A stretch of DNA of 64,000 bases from an uncultured virus (IMG/VR IMGVR_UViG_3300047474_000681) (Duplodnaviria > Heunggongvirae > Uroviricota > Caudoviricetes): IMG/VR virus record IMGVR_UViG_3300047474_000681. One strand, written 5' to 3'. The notes beneath the pieces are model-generated. The model was not told the origin of the DNA, searched no databases, and was given only the letters and a program-made list of their open reading frames with translations. Shown piece by piece: positions 37,971-47,555 of the stretch (positions are counted from its first letter, which is position 1; every line of letters starts with the position of its first letter). The position numbers and the translations under genes are program-made.

Positions 37971-38960
37971 ATGGCAGATCAAAACAAATTTGAAAAAATG
38001 CTAGAGCTTCTTGTCAACGAAGACAAAGAAGCAGCACAAGAATTATTCCACGAGATTGTAGTAGAAAAATCACGTGATATCTACGAAGGTTTATTAGAAG
38101 ACGAAGCTGAAGTTGAAGAAGCTACTGATGAAGAAGTAGATGAAGCAACTGACGAAGAAGTCGACGAGTCAGAAGAAGATTTAGACGAAGCTACTGATGA
38201 AGAAGTAGAAGAAGCAACTGACGAAGAAGTTGACGAAGGCTTTGACTTAGACGAGTTTGAAGTAGAAGCAGACCCGATGGCAAACATGGACCAAACAGGT
38301 GACTTAGCCGGTGACTTAGGTATGGACATGGACGGTGAAGAAGGCGACGAAGACGAAGGTGAAGAAGGCGATGTTGAAGATCGTGTAGAAGACCTAGAAG
38401 ATGCGCTAGATGACCTAAAAGCAGAATTTGAAAAAATGATGGCTGGCGATGACGAAGGCGACGACGATGAAGGCGAAGAAGAGCCAGAAGAAGAAGCATT
38501 TGCATTTGAAGCAGCAGACGAAGAAGTTGAAGAAGCTACAGACGAAGAAGTAGACGAAGCAACTGATGAAGAAGTAGATGAAGCAACTGACGAAGAAGTT
38601 GACGAATCAAAAGAACCACAAACAGCAGGCGAGCAAATGCGCGAGTATGTTGAAAAAGTATCAGCTACAATGGGCGACAACGGTGCAAACACCAAGTCAA
38701 CAGTAGCAGGTAAAAACGATATGGGCGGAACCGCAAGCAACTTGAACCAAGCTGGTACAGAAGCAGGCGTAGAAGCTAACAAAGGTAACCTTAAAGGTTC
38801 TGCACTAAGTGATCAGAATGCTAAGGATATGAATACCAAGAACGTAAATGTTCCTGGTGGTAAGGCAGCAAAAGCTGGCAAAACCGAACCTGGTCACGGC
38901 GCTGAAAAGAAGTCAAAGCCAGAGACAGCTGACAATAAGAAACCAACTATTGGCGGCTAA
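37971..38960 (+). CDS. Highly acidic prohead core/scaffold-type protein
   Basis: Glu/Asp-rich with EEVDEATD repeats; lies between portal and protease, the T4 gp67/68 position; strong SD. Confidence 0.75.
   Translation: MADQNKFEKMLELLVNEDKEAAQELFHEIVVEKSRDIYEGLLEDEAEVEEATDEEVDEATDEEVDESEEDLDEATDEEVEEATDEEVDEGFDLDEFEVEADPMANMDQTGDLAGDLGMDMDGEEGDEDEGEEGDVEDRVEDLEDALDDLKAEFEKMMAGDDEGDDDEGEEEPEEEAFAFEAADEEVEEATDEEVDEATDEEVDEATDEEVDESKEPQTAGEQMREYVEKVSATMGDNGANTKSTVAGKNDMGGTASNLNQAGTEAGVEANKGNLKGSALSDQNAKDMNTKNVNVPGGKAAKAGKTEPGHGAEKKSKPETADNKKPTIGG
38104..38606 (+). repeat. 24-nt tandem repeats encoding EEV(D/E)EATD, in two clusters
   Basis: Variants of GAAGAAGTAGATGAAGCAACTGAC at ~38104-38237 and ~38520-38606. 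Confidence 0.85.
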
Positions 38961-38981
38961 AAAAGCAGTTAGGAAATCTTG

Positions 38982-39599
38982 ATGAACGATTTACGAGAGC
39001 ATTTGACATTTGACCAAGCTAACGTAGTATTAGAAGGCGCTAACGAAGGTAAAGACCTTTATTTAAAAGGTATTATTATCCAAGGCGGTATTCGTAATGC
39101 TAATCAGCGAGTGTATCCTGTAGATGAAATCGGCAGGGCTGTCAAAACGCTCAATGATCAGATTAGCGGTGGCTATACTCCTCTCGGAGAAGTTGATCAT
39201 CCAGAAGGACTTAACATTAATATTGACCGTGTAAGCCATATGATAACTGAATGTTGGATGGATGGTGACAACGGTTACGGAAAGTTGAAAATTTTACCAA
39301 CCCCAATGGGACAACTAGTTAAAACAATGCTTGAAAGCGGAGTTAAACTAGGTGTTTCATCTAGGGGCTCTGGTGAAGTTGACAGCAGCGGTAACGTTGC
39401 TGACTTTGAAATTATTACCGTGGACGTAGTTGCTCAGCCATCTGCTCCTGGTGCATATCCTACTCCAATTTATGAACAACTTATGAATTCAAGGGGCGGG
39501 ATGAAGGCATATGAATTAGCACAGGCTACTAAAGAAGACCCAAAGGCACAAAAGTATCTAAAGGAATCACTGATTAATATAATCAGTAAACTCCAGTGA
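38982..39599 (+). CDS. Prohead protease, T4 gp21-like
   Basis: RNANQRVYP, LGEVDHP, VSH, GVSSRGSG and DVVAQPSAPGAY. Confidence 0.95.
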   Translation: MNDLREHLTFDQANVVLEGANEGKDLYLKGIIIQGGIRNANQRVYPVDEIGRAVKTLNDQISGGYTPLGEVDHPEGLNINIDRVSHMITECWMDGDNGYGKLKILPTPMGQLVKTMLESGVKLGVSSRGSGEVDSSGNVADFEIITVDVVAQPSAPGAYPTPIYEQLMNSRGGMKAYELAQATKEDPKAQKYLKESLINIISKLQ

Positions 39600-39614
39600 A
39601 ATTAGGAGAACACA

Positions 39615-40715
39615 ATGATTGATGCACTGAAAACACTGTTTGAAAATGATGTTGTTTCAGAGGAAATCAGGGCTGAGTTAGAAGAGGCGTGGGACGCAAA
39701 GGTTTCTGAAAATAAGCAGCAAGTAGCTGCTGAACTTCGTGAAGAATTTGCACAGAAGTATGAGCACGATAAGTCAACTATGGTTGAAGCTATCGACTCA
39801 ATGCTTTCTGAGCGTCTTGCAGAAGAGATTGCAGAATTTCAAGAAGACCGTAAAGGTTTAGCAGAAGCAAAAGCGAAGTATGCTGTTGCAATGCGTGAAA
39901 ATGCAGATCTTCTAAAAGGTTTTGTTGCTGAAAATTTAGCAGCAGAAATCAAAGAACTACGAGCAGACAAAGCTGCACTGGCTGAAAGTTATAGCCAGTT
40001 AGAAGAGTTTGTAGTAGATGCCCTGTCTAATGAAATTTCAGAATTCCATGAAGACAAGAAAGATTTAGCAGAAACAAAAGTACGTTTAGTACGTGAAGCT
40101 AAAACACACTTCAATAAAGTTAAGACTGATTTTATTGAAAGAAGTGCTACAGCAGTATCTGAAATGGTTGGCAAATCACTGCAAGGTGAAATTGCTGCAC
40201 TTAAAGAAGACATTGATACAGCACGAAGAAACGATTTTGGTCGTAAAATCTTCGAAGCATTTGCAAGCGAATATACAACTAGCCACTTGAATGAGAATTC
40301 AGAAGTGTCTAAACTTCTTAAAGTTGTTGATATTAAAAACAAGCAACTTTCAGAAGCAAAAGCATTTGCATCGAAGGCAAAAACTTTAGCTGAATCAGTT
40401 AACGTTGAAAAACAGCGTTTAGTTGAAACAGCAAAAAGAGAAAAGATTATGAACGAACTGATCGCTCCATTGAGCAATGATCAGCGCGAGATTATGACAG
40501 ACTTACTGGAATCAGTACAGACAGACCGTTTGCAAAAGCAGTTTGACAAGTACTTACCATCGGTAATCGACGGAAATACTCCAGCAAAGCGTAAGGCAGC
40601 ATTAACAGAAGGCAAAGAAGTTACAGGCAACAGAGAAGAAACAATGACAGCAACTAAAGCAGACGATGAAACACAAAGTAATGTGGTTGATATTAAACGT
40701 CTTGCTGGATTATAA
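39615..40715 (+). CDS. Major prohead scaffold, T4 gp22-like
   Basis: Long coiled coil between protease and capsid genes; C-terminal DIKRLAGL. Confidence 0.85.
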   Translation: MIDALKTLFENDVVSEEIRAELEEAWDAKVSENKQQVAAELREEFAQKYEHDKSTMVEAIDSMLSERLAEEIAEFQEDRKGLAEAKAKYAVAMRENADLLKGFVAENLAAEIKELRADKAALAESYSQLEEFVVDALSNEISEFHEDKKDLAETKVRLVREAKTHFNKVKTDFIERSATAVSEMVGKSLQGEIAALKEDIDTARRNDFGRKIFEAFASEYTTSHLNENSEVSKLLKVVDIKNKQLSEAKAFASKAKTLAESVNVEKQRLVETAKREKIMNELIAPLSNDQREIMTDLLESVQTDRLQKQFDKYLPSVIDGNTPAKRKAALTEGKEVTGNREETMTATKADDETQSNVVDIKRLAGL

Positions 40716-40726
40716 TTAAGGAGATA

Positions 40727-41905
40727 ATGATGTCAGAACTATTAGAAAGCCGCTGGGTAGACACCAAAACTGCTCTTCTTGAAGGCTTGCAAGGCAACAA
40801 GAAGTCTGTTATGGCTGCTACGCTAGAAAATACCCGCAAGTACTTGTCAGAGAGTGCTACAGCTGGTGCAACAAGCGCGGGCAACGTTGCAACACTAAAC
40901 CGTGTGATTCTTCCAGTAATCAGACGTGTAATGCCAACCGTTATTGCTAACGAGTTAGTAGGCGTACAACCAATGACTGGTCCTGTGGGTCAAATCCACA
41001 CTCTACGTGTTCGTTATTCAGACACAGTAGGGACAGGCGCATCAGGTGCAACAGCAGGCGAAGAAGCTTTAAGCCCATTCAAAATTGCTGAAGCATATTC
41101 AGGTAATGCTACATCAGGTAAAGCTGATGCAACAGCAGCACTTGAAGGTGAAGCCGGTAACAGAATGTCAATTCAAATCTTGAAACAGACAGTTGAAGCT
41201 AAGACACGTAAGTTGTCAGCTCGCTGGACGTTTGAAGCTGCACAAGACGCACAGTCTATGCACGGTATTGACGTTGAAGCAGAAATCATGGCTGCATTAG
41301 CACAAGAGATTACTGCTGAAATCGATCAAGAAGTACTAGCGTCTTTAGACACACTAGCTGGTGCTGCTGCTGAAACATATGTACAAACAGGTGTTTCAGG
41401 TACAGCTACATTCGTAGGTGACGAGCATGCCGCATTGGCAGTGCAGATCAACCGCGTAAGTAACTTGATTGCACAGCGCACACGTAGAGGTGCAGGTAAC
41501 TGGGCTGTTGTATCGCCATTCGCGTTAACAATCCTACAATCTGCTACAACTTCAGCGTTTGCACGTACAACTGAAGGTGCTTTTGAAGCTCCAACTAACA
41601 CTAAGATGGTTGGTACTTTGAACAACGCTATGAAAGTGTATGTAAACACTTATGCTGCTGATGATTCAGCGGTACTAATCGGCTACAAAGGTTCAAGCGA
41701 ATCAGATGCAGCGGCATTCTATTGCCCATACATCCCGCTAATGAGCTCAGGAGTTGTATTGGATCCAGGTACATTTGAACCAACAGTATCATTCATGACA
41801 CGTTATGGATATGTTGAGTTGAATAACACTGCGTCATCGCTTGGTAACGCAGCTGACTACTTGGGTAAAGTAGACATTACTGACACAGCAGTTAGCTTTA
41901 GCTAA
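40727..41905 (+). CDS. Major capsid protein, T4 gp23-like
   Basis: LVGVQPMTGPVGQIHTLR, VEAKTRKLSARWTFEAAQD, AFYCPYIPL and FMTRYG. Confidence 0.97.
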   Translation: MMSELLESRWVDTKTALLEGLQGNKKSVMAATLENTRKYLSESATAGATSAGNVATLNRVILPVIRRVMPTVIANELVGVQPMTGPVGQIHTLRVRYSDTVGTGASGATAGEEALSPFKIAEAYSGNATSGKADATAALEGEAGNRMSIQILKQTVEAKTRKLSARWTFEAAQDAQSMHGIDVEAEIMAALAQEITAEIDQEVLASLDTLAGAAAETYVQTGVSGTATFVGDEHAALAVQINRVSNLIAQRTRRGAGNWAVVSPFALTILQSATTSAFARTTEGAFEAPTNTKMVGTLNNAMKVYVNTYAADDSAVLIGYKGSSESDAAAFYCPYIPLMSSGVVLDPGTFEPTVSFMTRYGYVELNNTASSLGNAADYLGKVDITDTAVSFS

Positions 41906-41924
41906 GTTTAGTTTTACTAAACAG

Positions 41925-41953
41925 AAAATAGGTCCTACGGGGCCTATTTTTTT
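41925..41953 (+). terminator. Intrinsic terminator after the capsid gene
   Basis: AAAATAGGTCC-TACG-GGGCCTATTTTTTT (C-UACG-G loop, U tract). Confidence 0.9.
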
Positions 41954-41974
41954 GACTTTTTTTTAAAAAAGTGG

Positions 41975-42002
41975 TTGACATTGTTTGTAATGATGTTATA
42001 TT
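41975..42002 (+). promoter_or_regulatory. Sigma70-type promoter with no downstream ORF
   Basis: TTGACA 41975-41980, 16-nt spacer, extended -10 TGtTATATT 41994-42002, A/T tract upstream. Confidence 0.75.
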
Positions 42003-42008
42003 AGTTAC

Positions 42009-42255
42009 ATAAGTTAGGCGACGGTCTAAGTTAGATAGTGCAAGGAACGGTGTTGCGTAGTGACACAACTTGGCTAGTAGCTGTAGTGGCAACATATGAT
42101 TGTAGAGATACAAAGATATGTTTTTGGAAGTAACTATCCGATGCTAGGCTCCTCCGAATTTAGCGAGAGCTACTAGGAGGTTGTTGGTATTCTCAAAGTC
42201 CAACCTATCACTTTATTATTAAAAAGCTCGATACTTAACTGTGTCGGGCTTTTTT
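42009..42255 (+). ncRNA. Candidate stand-alone structured ncRNA (~240 nt)
   Basis: Bounded by a promoter and a terminator, contains several helices, no + strand ORF in the track. See findings. Confidence 0.7.
42221..42255 (+). terminator. Intrinsic terminator
   Basis: AAAAAGCTCGATAC-TTAACT-GTGTCGGGCTTTTTT. Confidence 0.85.
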
Positions 42256-42365
42256 CTTATTTGATAAATACTATTGTCAGATAGTGTGCCGCAAGGCGGA
42301 CTTATGCTGCACCACAGCGTAGCTCATAGAACGGGCATAGGACTACTTTTTATAGGAGAAAACAA

Positions 42366-42770
42366 ATGGGAAGACCACTAAACAAAAGATATTTTGGAGA
42401 GCCGACAGCTGGCGGCAATGAAATTAAAGTACGTTATCGTGCTACAGGACAAGCAGAAGCAAACGGCTGGATTGTAAAGCAATTAGGATCTAAAAAGTTC
42501 CGTTGCTATGATGGTACTAATACAATGGATTGTACTTTAGTTGACAAATCGCAAGGTACATTAGATGTAGGCGAGATGACTATTACAGTTAAAGACGATG
42601 GCGGAACAGCTCGTCAAGTTACTAAAATTGCAGGACGTAAAGTAACACTTGACACAGGCGCAAGTATTGCTTGGAACTTCAGTGATGCAACTGATGACAA
42701 TGCAGTTGAAATGGAAGAAGCTGGTACAGATGATTCATTCACTGACGCAGACGATTTTGAAGCTGACTAA
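42366..42770 (+). CDS. Hypothetical virion protein
   Basis: 134 aa (MGRPLNKRYFG...), with its own late promoter ATAAATA 42264-42270, strong SD and terminator. Confidence 0.8.
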   Translation: MGRPLNKRYFGEPTAGGNEIKVRYRATGQAEANGWIVKQLGSKKFRCYDGTNTMDCTLVDKSQGTLDVGEMTITVKDDGGTARQVTKIAGRKVTLDTGASIAWNFSDATDDNAVEMEEAGTDDSFTDADDFEAD

Positions 42771-42780
42771 GAATAGAAAA

Positions 42781-42807
42781 GTAGGGGAGCAATCCCCTAC
42801 ATTTTTT
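42781..42807 (+). terminator. Intrinsic terminator
   Basis: GTAGGGGA-GCAA-TCCCCTAC-ATTTTTT. Confidence 0.8.
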
Positions 42808-42818
42808 AAGGAAAATGA

Positions 42819-43856
42819 ATGTCTAAGTATCTTAATATAGCAGGAACGCCTGGAGTTGCAGATAGTGGTAACTATACTGTAACTGTTCAATCTGGCGGAT
42901 ACATAAAACTTAATACTGGACTAGATGCAGGAACAGTTTTTGTAACTGGTGACTTAGTAGTTGAAGGCAACTTTACAAGACTAGAAACTACTGATACTGT
43001 TATTACAGATAGAGTTATTACACTTAATCAAGGTGATGATGGTTCAAATGGAATTCAAGGAACTGAAAGATTTTCTGGATTAGAAATCAATCGAGGAAGT
43101 ATTGCTAATGCATATTTTGGTTATGATGAAGATATAAGCGGATTTATAATTTATGACGGTGGCAGCAATTTACAAAAACTTAGAACAAGTGGATTAGATA
43201 CTGGCGGAGCATCGTTAATGCTAACTCCGGGTAATCCGTCAACAGGTTCCGGCGCAGCACCTACTGTATCTGTTGAAAATGTAGTAAACTATGAATACGG
43301 TACATTTGAATATGATGCCGGCGGCAATATTAATGGATCATTAAGAAATCCAGATGCATTAACTAATGTTCAAGGTGTAGCAGATTATGTTGCATATAAC
43401 TTTGCTAATGTTTTCTTAAGTCAAATTGGTGACGGATCGTTATCAGTTACTAGTATTACTATTGAAGACGAAGAAACAACAAGCAATCCAAGTGTAATAA
43501 AATTTGCAATAGACAATAATGTAGTTTCTCAACTGTATGCAGACCGTTGGGAATTTGATCAAATAAGAGTTGCAGGAACTACTATTGAAACACTAGCAAG
43601 TGATGCTGATTTAGTTCTTAGGGCGCCAGGAGTTGGCGGAGTTAAAGTTGAAGATTCGCTAGTATTAACAAGTGTTCCAGGTTTAGACGATGTGTCACCT
43701 GAAAATTTAGAACCGTTATATACTACCGAAGGCATTAAATTGTATGCTTCGGATCAATCTAACGGAAAAACAGGTTTGTTTTTTGTGAATAAAGAACAAA
43801 CACGAGATGAATTAATAAGTAAAAATAGATCACTGCTATTCAGCATGTTATTTTAA
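42819..43856 (+). CDS. Putative virion structural/fibre-associated protein
   Basis: Beta-rich (VTGDLVVEG...DRVITLN...SGLEINRG), first gene of the fibre cluster. Confidence 0.7.
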   Translation: MSKYLNIAGTPGVADSGNYTVTVQSGGYIKLNTGLDAGTVFVTGDLVVEGNFTRLETTDTVITDRVITLNQGDDGSNGIQGTERFSGLEINRGSIANAYFGYDEDISGFIIYDGGSNLQKLRTSGLDTGGASLMLTPGNPSTGSGAAPTVSVENVVNYEYGTFEYDAGGNINGSLRNPDALTNVQGVADYVAYNFANVFLSQIGDGSLSVTSITIEDEETTSNPSVIKFAIDNNVVSQLYADRWEFDQIRVAGTTIETLASDADLVLRAPGVGGVKVEDSLVLTSVPGLDDVSPENLEPLYTTEGIKLYASDQSNGKTGLFFVNKEQTRDELISKNRSLLFSMLF

Positions 43857-43865
43857 GGAAGTAAA

Positions 43866-44393
43866 ATGGCAATTGTAAACGCACAATTAAGACAAACATA
43901 CGTAGACATATTAGATCCGGAAGGCAATAATCCTGGTGCGTATGCAGGCGCAGTACCTGAAAACAAAACATATGCTATTACAAATATTTTAGTTTGTAAT
44001 AATGGTTCAACAACTGCTCAATTTGATATACACCTTGTACGACAAGGCGAAGCAACTGACAACTATGTAACTCGAGTTATAAACAACTTAGAGTTACCTG
44101 CAGGAGAGACATTTACGTTTGATAATGAAAAAATTGTTCTTGATCAAGGCGACAAAATTAGATTTCAATCTGAACCAGAATTTGTAGATACTCCTGTACA
44201 AGCAGGTAGTTTTGTAACTGGAAAAGAATATGTAATTACTACCCCAGGAACAACAGACTTTACATCAATTGGTGCAAGCGATAGTCTTATTGGAACTATC
44301 TTTGTTGCAACAGGCGCAGGCGTAGGATCAGGTGAAGCTCGTACATCAAGATATACTGTATTATCAGCAACAGTAAGTTATTTGGAAGTATAA
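43866..44393 (+). CDS. Small virion beta-sandwich protein with inserted module
   Basis: AITNILVCN...LPAGETFTFDNEKIVLDQGD; paralogous to 51027 and 61693. Confidence 0.7.
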   Translation: MAIVNAQLRQTYVDILDPEGNNPGAYAGAVPENKTYAITNILVCNNGSTTAQFDIHLVRQGEATDNYVTRVINNLELPAGETFTFDNEKIVLDQGDKIRFQSEPEFVDTPVQAGSFVTGKEYVITTPGTTDFTSIGASDSLIGTIFVATGAGVGSGEARTSRYTVLSATVSYLEV

Positions 44394-44397
44394 TGAA

Positions 44398-45084
44398 ATG
44401 AGATTAATAAAGCGCCAAACTACTAACTCAAGAAGTATTACCGGAAAAGGTGTGCAGTACGATATTGACAATCAAGTAATTGTTGATAGCGAACGTGCAT
44501 TGTTAGTACCCAAGGGCGTTTCATCTGAACGACCAAGTGAATTTGGAATTGCTACAGCACAAACCGAAGGTCAAGTTAGATATGACACTACAAGCAATCA
44601 ATTTGAAGCGTATCAAGATGGCGGCTGGAGACAGATTAGATTTAAAGAACCTAATAGAGATCCAGGAATTGTTCAACAAACACTAACAGGTGCTGACGCA
44701 ACTAATATTATATTTGGTAAATTAGCAAACAATACTTTATTTGCACCTTCTCAAGAAAGGCACATTTTAGTATTTGTTGAAAACGTTTTCCAAATAGCAA
44801 CAACTAACTATACTATAATACAAAATCCTCCAGCAAGTGACTTAGGTGGAGAAATTGATGTAACAACAGCAACACAAGGTACACAGTATAAAATAACAAC
44901 TGTTGGAACTACAGATTTTACGTTGCTAGGTGCATCATCTAATGCTGTAGATACAGTATTCAACATGAATAATGTCGCACCTACAGGAACCGGGCAAGTA
45001 AGAGCAACAGGATATTATCTAAGATTTACATCTCCGCCACCTTTTGGAAAAGACATTACAGTATTACATAACTTTGACAAATAA
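44398..45084 (+). CDS. Putative virion structural protein
   Basis: LLVPKGVSSERP...GQVRYDTTSNQFEAY is a fibre-type motif shared with the downstream genes. Confidence 0.7.
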   Translation: MRLIKRQTTNSRSITGKGVQYDIDNQVIVDSERALLVPKGVSSERPSEFGIATAQTEGQVRYDTTSNQFEAYQDGGWRQIRFKEPNRDPGIVQQTLTGADATNIIFGKLANNTLFAPSQERHILVFVENVFQIATTNYTIIQNPPASDLGGEIDVTTATQGTQYKITTVGTTDFTLLGASSNAVDTVFNMNNVAPTGTGQVRATGYYLRFTSPPPFGKDITVLHNFDK

Positions 45085-45110
45085 ATACATAGTCAGAGGG
45101 AGAACATTAA

Positions 45111-47555
45111 ATGTCGCAAGTAGGTAGAATCGGCGGTGGAGTACTCAAATCTAATCTTGAACGTCAAGGTGTTGATCTTGCATTTGAAACAGATTTACTT
45201 TACCTAGATGTTAACAATAGTCGAATTGGTATTAACACTACTTCGATGGCAAGTCCTGACGTACTTACTACAATCTCTCCTATTAGAACAACTAATGCAA
45301 TAACAACTGGCACTTTTAACTTAGGCAGTTTTGAATTGCAAGGAAACTCAATAACCCAATTAGTTGAAAATACTATTAATTTAAATTCAACAGGAGATAT
45401 TTTTGCAACCGGCATTGAAACTGCAAATTTAAAGTTTGACGGGAATGAACTTAGTTCTACTACTGATAATACAAATATTGAAATAAGACCAAATGGCACA
45501 GGCACAATTGAAATACAAAGCTCTTGGAATTCAACAGGTAACATACATTCAACTGGTAACATAACATTTGGAGGAAGTTTAGTATTAGGTGATGGCATTG
45601 AAGACAGCGTTGACTTTGAAGCCGATGTTAATAGTGATCTTATACCAGATAGTTCAAATGCAAGTGCATTAGGAATACAAACAAAACGTTGGAATGCAAT
45701 ATACAGTAATTTATTAAATGGTACTTCTACATATGTAGATAATGTAATTGTAGAAAGTAGTGCATTAGCAAGGCGTCAAGGCAACATATTTTATGTAAGC
45801 ACACTTGGTAGTAATACTAATGTTGGTGACCATCAACACGGAGCATTCCGTACATTATCACATGCTCTTAGCGTAGTTGATGCAAGTACACAAGGTCCAG
45901 TAACTATTCATGTTTATCCAGGAGAATATGAAGAAGTATTTCCTTTAGTTGTTCCTGAAAGGGTTACAATATCAGGCGAAGATATTAGAAACTGTATTAT
46001 TAAACCTACTGCTGGAACAAATACAAACAATGCATTTGAAATGAATCAAAATGTTACAATTGAAAATCTTACAATTAAAGATTTTTATAGCCCAGGACAT
46101 GCATTTACTTTTGCTGCTAATACAATAATTACAGACCGCTCTCCGTATATTAGAAACGTAACAGTTATTACAAAGGGTAGTGTTGTAAGTGCTGATGACC
46201 CAAGAGGCTTTGATCAAGGAGATGCAGGCAAAGGTGCTTTAATTGATGGAGCATCAACAGGGTCTAGTACTAGAGAAGCTAGTATGCTTTTCCATTCAGC
46301 TACATTCATTACCCCTGGCGTAGATTGTATTACAATGACAAATGGCGTTAGAGTAGAATGGCTAAACAGCTTTACATACTTTGCTAATAGAGGTTTGTAT
46401 GCAACAAACGGAACTGCTGGTAAAGCTAACGACGGCACAACATTTGGTGCAGAAATAAGATCAATAGGCTCGGCAAATGTGTATGGCACTAAAGGTGCAG
46501 AAGCAGATGGCGCAAATACACTAATGTATCTAATAGGACATAATTTTGCTTACATTGGCGCAGGAAAAGATGTATCAAATGATAGAACACTTACTGTTAC
46601 AGCAAACGAAGTTACTGAATTAAATTCTGGAAATATATATTACACAACAACTGATGCGGACGGTACATTTAAAGTTGGAGATAATTTTTTTGTAGATTTT
46701 GAAACTGGGTCAACAAGCATTGATGCTAGTACAATTGACTTTAGTGGTATTGGTTCTATAACAGTGCGCAACGGTCTTGAAAGATCATTTATTGATGGAT
46801 CAAAAGTTGATGTAGGCAATATTAGAATTAACGGAAATACAATAACTACTATTGATGGAGATTTAACACTATCTCCGGTTACTGGATTATTTAATACAGA
46901 TAATAATGTTTCTTTAATTCTAAGTAATGGTACAGATATACAAAGAAATAACTTACAAGCTGATATTAGATATAATACAGATTCAAATTTATTTGAAGGA
47001 TTTTCAACTGGAAATTTAAGTTTTGGCGGCACGTATTCAAGCGACAGACAGACAAGCGTAGATGCACATGATACAAATAATACTATTATTTTTAGATCAG
47101 CAGGAACAACAGTTGGTAGTATAGATAGTAATAGCACTAATCTACATGGGTTGTCAACAGGAGATGTACTGTTTGATAACAACACTGTCACTACTACACT
47201 ATCAAACAGCGACTTAGAATTAAGACGTACTACTGCTTCTAATATAGTCGAAGCAGAAAATTTTGATTTGAAAGATAGTACATTTTTAAATACTACTAAT
47301 GACGATTTAATATTAGCATCAACAAATAACGGCTATGTAAAATTTGGCGGATCAACTGGCTTAGTTATTCCAGTTGGAACAGAAGCACAACAAAACCCAT
47401 CTCCAATCGAAGGTGAAACTAGATACAACTCAGACCAAGAATATCTTGAAACTTGGAACGGTGAAGAATGGCAGCGTTCAGCTGGAGAAGGCGCCGAAGT
47501 TACTGATGTAGTCCTCAAAGAATTAGTCGATATTTACGCCATAGTACTTGGTTAA
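45111..47555 (+). CDS. Tail fibre/spike-like protein with predicted beta-helix region
   Basis: FYVSTLGSN...FRTLSHAL...IHVYPGEYEE is a pectate-lyase-like entry motif; paralog of 47690. Late promoter ATAAATA at 45081-45087. Confidence 0.75.
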   Translation: MSQVGRIGGGVLKSNLERQGVDLAFETDLLYLDVNNSRIGINTTSMASPDVLTTISPIRTTNAITTGTFNLGSFELQGNSITQLVENTINLNSTGDIFATGIETANLKFDGNELSSTTDNTNIEIRPNGTGTIEIQSSWNSTGNIHSTGNITFGGSLVLGDGIEDSVDFEADVNSDLIPDSSNASALGIQTKRWNAIYSNLLNGTSTYVDNVIVESSALARRQGNIFYVSTLGSNTNVGDHQHGAFRTLSHALSVVDASTQGPVTIHVYPGEYEEVFPLVVPERVTISGEDIRNCIIKPTAGTNTNNAFEMNQNVTIENLTIKDFYSPGHAFTFAANTIITDRSPYIRNVTVITKGSVVSADDPRGFDQGDAGKGALIDGASTGSSTREASMLFHSATFITPGVDCITMTNGVRVEWLNSFTYFANRGLYATNGTAGKANDGTTFGAEIRSIGSANVYGTKGAEADGANTLMYLIGHNFAYIGAGKDVSNDRTLTVTANEVTELNSGNIYYTTTDADGTFKVGDNFFVDFETGSTSIDASTIDFSGIGSITVRNGLERSFIDGSKVDVGNIRINGNTITTIDGDLTLSPVTGLFNTDNNVSLILSNGTDIQRNNLQADIRYNTDSNLFEGFSTGNLSFGGTYSSDRQTSVDAHDTNNTIIFRSAGTTVGSIDSNSTNLHGLSTGDVLFDNNTVTTTLSNSDLELRRTTASNIVEAENFDLKDSTFLNTTNDDLILASTNNGYVKFGGSTGLVIPVGTEAQQNPSPIEGETRYNSDQEYLETWNGEEWQRSAGEGAEVTDVVLKELVDIYAIVLG

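Noticed and set aside
38104..38606. 24-nt repeats as a CRISPR array
   Set aside because: They are in-frame degenerate coding repeats with no unique spacers, and no cas genes are present.
33365..40477. Long antisense ORFs 33365..33982, 34172..35089, 38081..38782 and 39989..40477
   Set aside because: They are Ser/Pro-rich mirror translations of tape-measure and scaffold genes caused by codon bias.
42009..42220. tRNA or tmRNA
   Set aside because: No TTCGA T-loop or acceptor-stem/CCA arrangement is recognisable.
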